A DNA stretch of 51,779 bases, taken from the NCBI RefSeq assembly GCF_004010195.1, contig NW_025215347.1, positions 45,174 through 96,952 on the forward strand, written 5' to 3'. Of the stretch, positions 46,441-51,779 are shown piece after piece; within the stretch, counting starts at the first letter, position 1, and every line of letters begins with the position of its first letter. A program made the translations under genes and the position numbers. The DNA is from Chiloscyllium plagiosum (Eukaryota). Below the pieces are notes generated by a model. The model ran no database searches. It was not told the DNA's origin and worked only from the letters and a program-made list of their open reading frames with translations.

Positions 46441-46596
46441 GACACCTGAGCTTCACGTTTTTTTTTTGTTAATTTGAAGGGAAGGTGGCATTGCGCTGAT
46501 GCCACTGGCCTAGTAATGCAGTAACGACCTGAGTTGGATTCCCATCCTGGTGGTTGGTGAGATTCGAGTTCAGTAAAAAAGGCTGGGATTAAGAGG

Positions 46597-47846
46597 AGAG
46601 ATTCTGGATTAGTGGTGCTGGAAGAGCACAGCAGTTCAGGCAGCATCCAACGAGCAGCAAAATCGACGTTTCGGGCAAAAGCCCTTCAGGAACAAAGGCA
46701 GAGAGCCTGAAGGGTGGAGAGATAAGCTAGAGGAGGGTGGGGNNNNNNNNNNNNNNNNNNNNNNNNNNNNNNNNNNNNNNNNNNNNNNNNNNNNNNNNNN
46801 NNNNNNNNNNNNNNNNNNNNNNNNNNNNNNNNNNNNNNNNNNNNNNNNNNNNNNNNNNNNNNNNNNNNNNNNNNNNNNNNNNNNNNNNNNNNNNNNNNNN
46901 NNNNNNNNNNNNNNNNNNNNNNNNNNNNNNNNNNNNNNNNNNNNNNNNNNNNNNNNNNNNNNNNNNNNNNNNNNNNNNNNNNNNNNNNNNNNNNNNNNNN
47001 NNNNNNNNNNNNNNNNNNNNNNNNNNNNNNNNNNNNNNNNNNNNNNNNNNNNNNNNNNNNNNNNNNNNNNNNNNNNNNNNNNNNNNNNNNNNNNNNNNNN
47101 NNNNNNNNNNNNNNNNNNNNNNNNNNNNNNNNNNNNNNNNNNNNNNNNNNNNNNNNNNNNNNNNNNNNNNNNNNNNNNNNNNNNNNNNNNNNNNNNNNNN
47201 NNNNNNNNNNNNNNNNNNNNNNNNNNNNNNNNNNNNNNNNNNNNNNNNNNNNNNNNNNNNNNNNNNNNNNNNNNNNNNNNNNNNNNNNNNNNNNNNNNNN
47301 NNNNNNNNNNNNNNNNNNNNNNNNNNNNNNNNNNNNNNNNNNNNNNNNNNNNNNNNNNNNNNNNNNNNNNNNNNNNNNNNNNNNNNNNNNNNNNNNNNNN
47401 NNNNNNNNNNNNNNNNNNNNNNNNNNNNNNNNNNNNNNNNNNNNNNNNNNNNNNNNNNNNNNNNNNNNNNNNNNNNNNNNNNNNNNNNNNNNNNNNNNNN
47501 NNNNNNNNNNNNNNNNNNNNNNNNNNNNNNNNNNNNNNNNNNNNNNNNNNNNNNNNNNNNNNNNNNNNNNNNNNNNNNNNNTGTCAGTGTCAAGTCTGTC
47601 GTCACTGATGGAGATGGAGAGGTCCAGGAGGGGGAGGGAGGTGTCAGAGATGGTCCAGTTAAATTTAAGGTCAGGGTGGAATGTGTTGGTGAAGTTGATG
47701 AATTGCTCAACCTCCTCGCGGGAGCACGAGGTGGCACCAATGCAGTCATCAATGTAGCGGAGGAAGAGGTGGGGAGTGGTGCCGGTGTAATTACGGAAGA
47801 TCAACTGTTCTACGTAGCCAACAAAGAGACAGGCATAGCTGGGACC
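46597..47846 (-). mobile_element. Young Penelope-like element (RT core + pLTR; middle in gap), inserted in a family B SINE
   Basis: GPSYACLFVGYVEQ...FLRYIDDC...FTNTFHPDLKF...LLDLSI is the Penelope-type RT; SINE halves at ~46500-46593 and ~47850-47880. Confidence 0.92.
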
Positions 47847-48019
47847 CGATTGTTGTAAAAACGCCATCCATTTCACTGGAGCTGCCTTCCTGATCTAAAC
47901 TGGTAATTGCTCATCTATCCTGGACCCTGTAACACGGTGGGGGTGGAAGAGAAAAGACTAAAAAATGTGCATTATTCTAGCACCTGTCACACCCTTTGCC
48001 CATCTCAAAGTGTCAGCAA

Positions 48020-48370
48020 TCAGGTGGTCATGTTCCCATATATCTGCTGGCCTTGTCCTTCTAGATGGAAATGATCATGGGTTTGGAAAGTGCTGTCTGG
48101 GGATCTTTGGTGAATTTCTGCAGTGCTTATTGTAAAAAATAAATAGTACTGCTGCTAAGCATCAGTGGCTGAGTGAGTGGTTGTTTCTGGATGTAGTACC
48201 ACTCAAGTTGGACTCCTTTGTCCTGAATGATGTCAAACCTTTTGAGTGTTGTTGGAGCTGCACCCATCCAGGCAAGTGGGGAGTATTTGATCCCACTTCC
48301 GACTTGTGCTTCTGCATGTTAGGCAGGCTTTGGGAAGTTCGGAGGTGAGTTACTTGCTGCAGGATTCCTG
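48020..48370 (-). mobile_element. CR1/L2-clade LINE ORF2 end of another family
   Basis: gagtgttgttggagctgcacccatccaggcaagtggggagtatt reads EYSPLAWMGAAPTTLK on minus. Confidence 0.7.
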
Positions 48371-48439
48371 AGAGGTTTTTTTTTTGTTCATTCAGGGGAT
48401 GTCGGTGTCACTGGTTGGACCAATCTTCCCTCCCTTGCC

Positions 48440-49255
48440 AGTCTTCCTTTCCTTCTGGGACATCCTGGTCGACTCCTAATTCACTCCCCACATCTCTCCA
48501 GAGCTGCATGGCACCTTCCCCCTACAACTGCAGAAGGTGTAATGCCCATTTACCTTCTCCCTCCTCAGTACCCAAAGCCCCAGATATAACATTCAAGTGA
48601 AGCGGCACATTAGTTGCAATTCACTCAATCTAGTCTACTGCATTTGCTGCTCACAATGTGGTGCCCTCTACATTGTTGTGTAGACTGGGTGACTGCTTTG
48701 CAGAACATTTATGTTCTGTCCGTAAAAAAAGACCCTATTCCAGTGACCTGCCACTTCAACACACCACCATGTTCCATGGTCAACATCTCTGTCTCAGGCT
48801 TGCTGCAGTGCTTCAGCAAAGCTCAGTGCAAGCTGGAAGAACAGCACCACATTTTCCATTTGGGAACTCCACAGCCTTCTGGACTTAATTTTCAACAATT
48901 TTAGGGCTTGTGGCACCTTCTCCCAAGTCCTTACTCCAACCCCCTCCCCGCCCCCTTGTTATCAGATAGTTGCTACCTCCGTCTTCAGCCAGTAATAGTT
49001 CCCAGGATGACACTTAACTATTCCTTTGTCCTTTTTTCTCTCTCTTTGAGTTCCATCTCTACCCACATCACCCTTTTTAATTTAGCATATATGCCAACAT
49101 TTTCCCAGCTCCCATAATTTTTGCGGAAAGGTCGCTGGATCCAAAATGTTAACTTTGATTTCTCTCCTCAGGTGCTGCCAGACCTGCTGAGCTTTTCCAG
49201 CAATTTCTGATTTTGTTTCTGATTTACAGCATCCACAGTTCTTTCAGTTTTTATT
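48440..49255 (+). mobile_element. Decayed Penelope 3' fragment with pLTR
   Basis: LVYCICCSQCGALYI; KLEEQHHIFHLGTPQPSGLN; pLTR at 49120-49255. Confidence 0.85.
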
Positions 49256-49299
49256 TAGCATTTAACTTCCTGCCACATCTCTTCTATGATATGGAGATT

Positions 49300-49643
49300 G
49301 CAATGTTGAACCGTGGTGGACAAAGTTAAAAATCACACAACAGCAGGTTATAGTCAAATAGGTTTATTTGGAAGTACTATAAGACAAATTAAGGTTTTAC
49401 AAAAACAAGTTGACATCTCAGCTCAGACAAGGCATTAAAGGTGTATCTTAACCTTGAGTCAGACTAGTTGTATTTCCAAAGTAAGAATTGATAAAATGTC
49501 ACATGGACTGACTGCGTACAGATTGTGTGCTTTTTGAACTAAGTACAATGTATCTGCAAATGCAAATTCATCCCAACATGTGTGTGTGTGCATGCATGTA
49601 AGGGAGAAAGAGAGTGAGAGCATGTCTGTGTGTGTGTGAGAGA

Positions 49644-49674
<31 letters not shown>

Positions 49675-49915
49675 TGTGTGTGTGTGTTTGTATATGTGAT
49701 ACAGTGTGTGAGTAAATGTGTTGGAATATATGCCTGTTAGTGTGGATGTTTGTATGTCTCTGATAGAGAGAGCATGTGTATGAGAAAGGGTCAGTGTGAG
49801 TATTGTGTGTGTATGTTTGTGTGTGAAAGCGCGAGAGAGAGAGAGTGTATAGTGGGGTCACCTGTAGAGTGACATGAACCCAAGGACCCGGTTGAGGCCA
49901 TCCAACCTCAGGTTC
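49300..49915 (-). mobile_element. 3' end/pLTR of another Penelope-like family containing GA/GT microsatellites
   Basis: aaagttaaaaatcacacaac...ggttatagtc terminus; GLNRVLGFMSLY remnant on minus near 49870-49900. Confidence 0.55.
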
Positions 49916-49939
49916 ATGTAACACTACAGGTGACCCCAC

Positions 49940-50040
49940 TACACACACACACACACACACACTCACACTCACACTCACACTCTCTCTCTCTCTCTCTCAC
50001 ACACACTTACACACACACACACACACACACATACACTCAT
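49940..50040. repeat. Compound (CA)/(CT) microsatellite
   Basis: Directly visible. Confidence 0.95.
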
Positions 50041-50960
50041 GTTCTACAGGTATCTGTTCTTGCACATCCTGTGATCCACATTCAGTGCCAAGTGTTGTCA
50101 CATGCACACCCTTGACCTCTTTCCAGTGGCATCGCATTATGCTGGCTCAAGGCTGCACCGCTCCCCAATTCCACTTCTTTCTCTGGCTCATTTGCTGTGC
50201 TTAACAGGAAACTTTACCGTTTCCTTCCAGAAATTAAGAAACACAAGATGTAACATGTATCTACCCATGGCACTCTGGAACCTTCATCCTCTCCCCCTCC
50301 CTCTGCCTCCATCCCCTCCTCCAATACTCCATCCCCTCCCCCAGCCCCACCTCCTGTTAGGTATTCACCATCCCTCCTGACCTTCCGCTCTCTGAGGCTG
50401 AACATTCTGTAGTCAGCAAAGGTCTCAGGTTCATCCCACCGTATCCCCATTTAATGAATTTTGGGTATGGCACAATGTTGAACTCTTAATTTGTCATCTT
50501 CACCTCTGTGCCCATTTCTTTGGACAAGAGTCCTCTACCCATCCCACAGACCCCTTCGCCCACCCCCAGAACTCTCCCTGATTGCCTGAATTCTTCTGTC
50601 CCACTCACCCATTCCAACGAATCTCCCGTGAACTAACTGCACTCAATACTCTCAGATCCAACCTTAACTTTGTAATTAAGCCTGCTGACAGAATAGTGGT
50701 GGTGGTGTCTGACAGACTGACCTCTGCATTGCAGAGGCTGACCTCCTCCTATCTCCCCTGGATCAGTGACTCCATCATGAAACATCAATCCATTGTGTCC
50801 ACGATTGTGACTAACCTCATTTCATTTCCCTCCCCTGGCTCCAACAATTGCATCCAAGCCCATAATCTCCCAATCCTGCACAATTCACTTCCACCTCCTT
50901 CCTAAAATCCATAAACAGGGCTGCCCAGGCAAACCCATTATTTCTACTGCTCCTGCTCCA
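50040..50960 (+). mobile_element. Highly decayed Penelope ORF N-terminal/RT-start fragment
   Basis: LRSNLNFVIKPAD and LLPKIHKQGCPGKPIIS remnants. Confidence 0.7.
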
Positions 50961-51439
50961 CAGAACCCGCCTCTGGGTGGGATTGAGGCAGGCCACACAG
51001 ACGTGGGGAGCTGTGCTGAATTGAGGGTTCAGGTTCTGACGAGTTGGGGTGAGGACGAGGATCTGGTTGTATTGAGTGAGTGTCTCCCCCTTGAGCTGGG
51101 CAGTCAGGATCCAGGCACTTTCCTGTGAGCCACTGCTACCCCCTGCTGGCATCACAGAGGACTGCGTGACCTTGCTGGGTAAAAACTCTTGTCCCCAACA
51201 ATATGCCTCTAGCATCGTCAAAGATTTATAGAGTCAGTATGATCGTTCACTGAGTCAGAGAAGGAGATCTTAAGGCAAAATGGCCCAAAAATCTCAGTCA
51301 AAGTTGCAGGGGAGGGGGTATAGGGAGAACGGTAAACTGCATTTATATAAAATGTTCCAAGCTTGCTCACAGGAGGATAATCCGTTTTACACCGAGACAC
51401 TGAGGGAGATATTAATGTAGGTGACCAAAGGCAAAGACA

Positions 51440-51779
51440 CGTACAAAAACACAAAACACACTGAAAACCACACCAAAAACACAGCGATGCAAAAACACAA
51501 AAACAAAAACATGCAGAAAAACAAAAATACACAAGCACATGTGAAATCACAAAACCACACAAAAAAAGCACAAAACACACTCATAAAAACACAAAAACAC
51601 ACAGAAAATCACACAAACACAAAAACACTCCAAAACACACAGAAAAACGCATGGAAAAATACAAAAACACATAGAAGCACAAAACACATGCAAAAACACA
51701 AAAGCTCACAGAAAAATGTAAAACCACACCAAAAAATACAAATGACACAAAACACATGCAAAAATACAAATACACACAC
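51440..51779. repeat. A/C-rich low-complexity (AAAAC/ACAC) tract running off the window end
   Basis: Directly visible; explains the Cys/Val/Phe-rich spurious ORFs on minus. Confidence 0.92.

Noticed and set aside
51218..51775. Hydrophobic Cys/Val/Phe-rich ORFs (also 39763-40175, 40133-40530, 49568-50115)
   Set aside because: Translations of simple and low-complexity repeats.

Overview
Vertebrate genomic DNA, almost certainly a cartilaginous fish (shark-type HE1/V-SINEs, CR1/HER1-like LINEs, Penelope elements), from a draft assembly with four N-gaps. Only one host coding segment is recognisable: the last coding exon of an EDG-family lysophosphatidic acid receptor, best matching LPAR2 (38081-38388, +). 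It is followed by a ~2.9 kb putative 3' UTR with no obvious transposons. Everything upstream appears to be one >38 kb intron packed with nested retroelements, and a CpG/CCAAT promoter-like patch lies near 46 kb. I found no convincing new multi-gene system. The most interesting signals are: (i) more than 10 minimal hammerhead-ribozyme motifs in Penelope pseudo-LTRs (pLTRs), two with intact cores, several in tiny inserts flanked by target-site duplications (TSDs) whose boundary sits at the ribozyme; (ii) retro-insertions that captured local or foreign genomic DNA; (iii) a palindrome-built repair scar; (iv) candidate cryptic cassette exons in the receptor intron; (v) a short hairpin-tailed retroposon present twice. 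Repeat family names come from recall of consensus sequences, and repeat boundaries are approximate.
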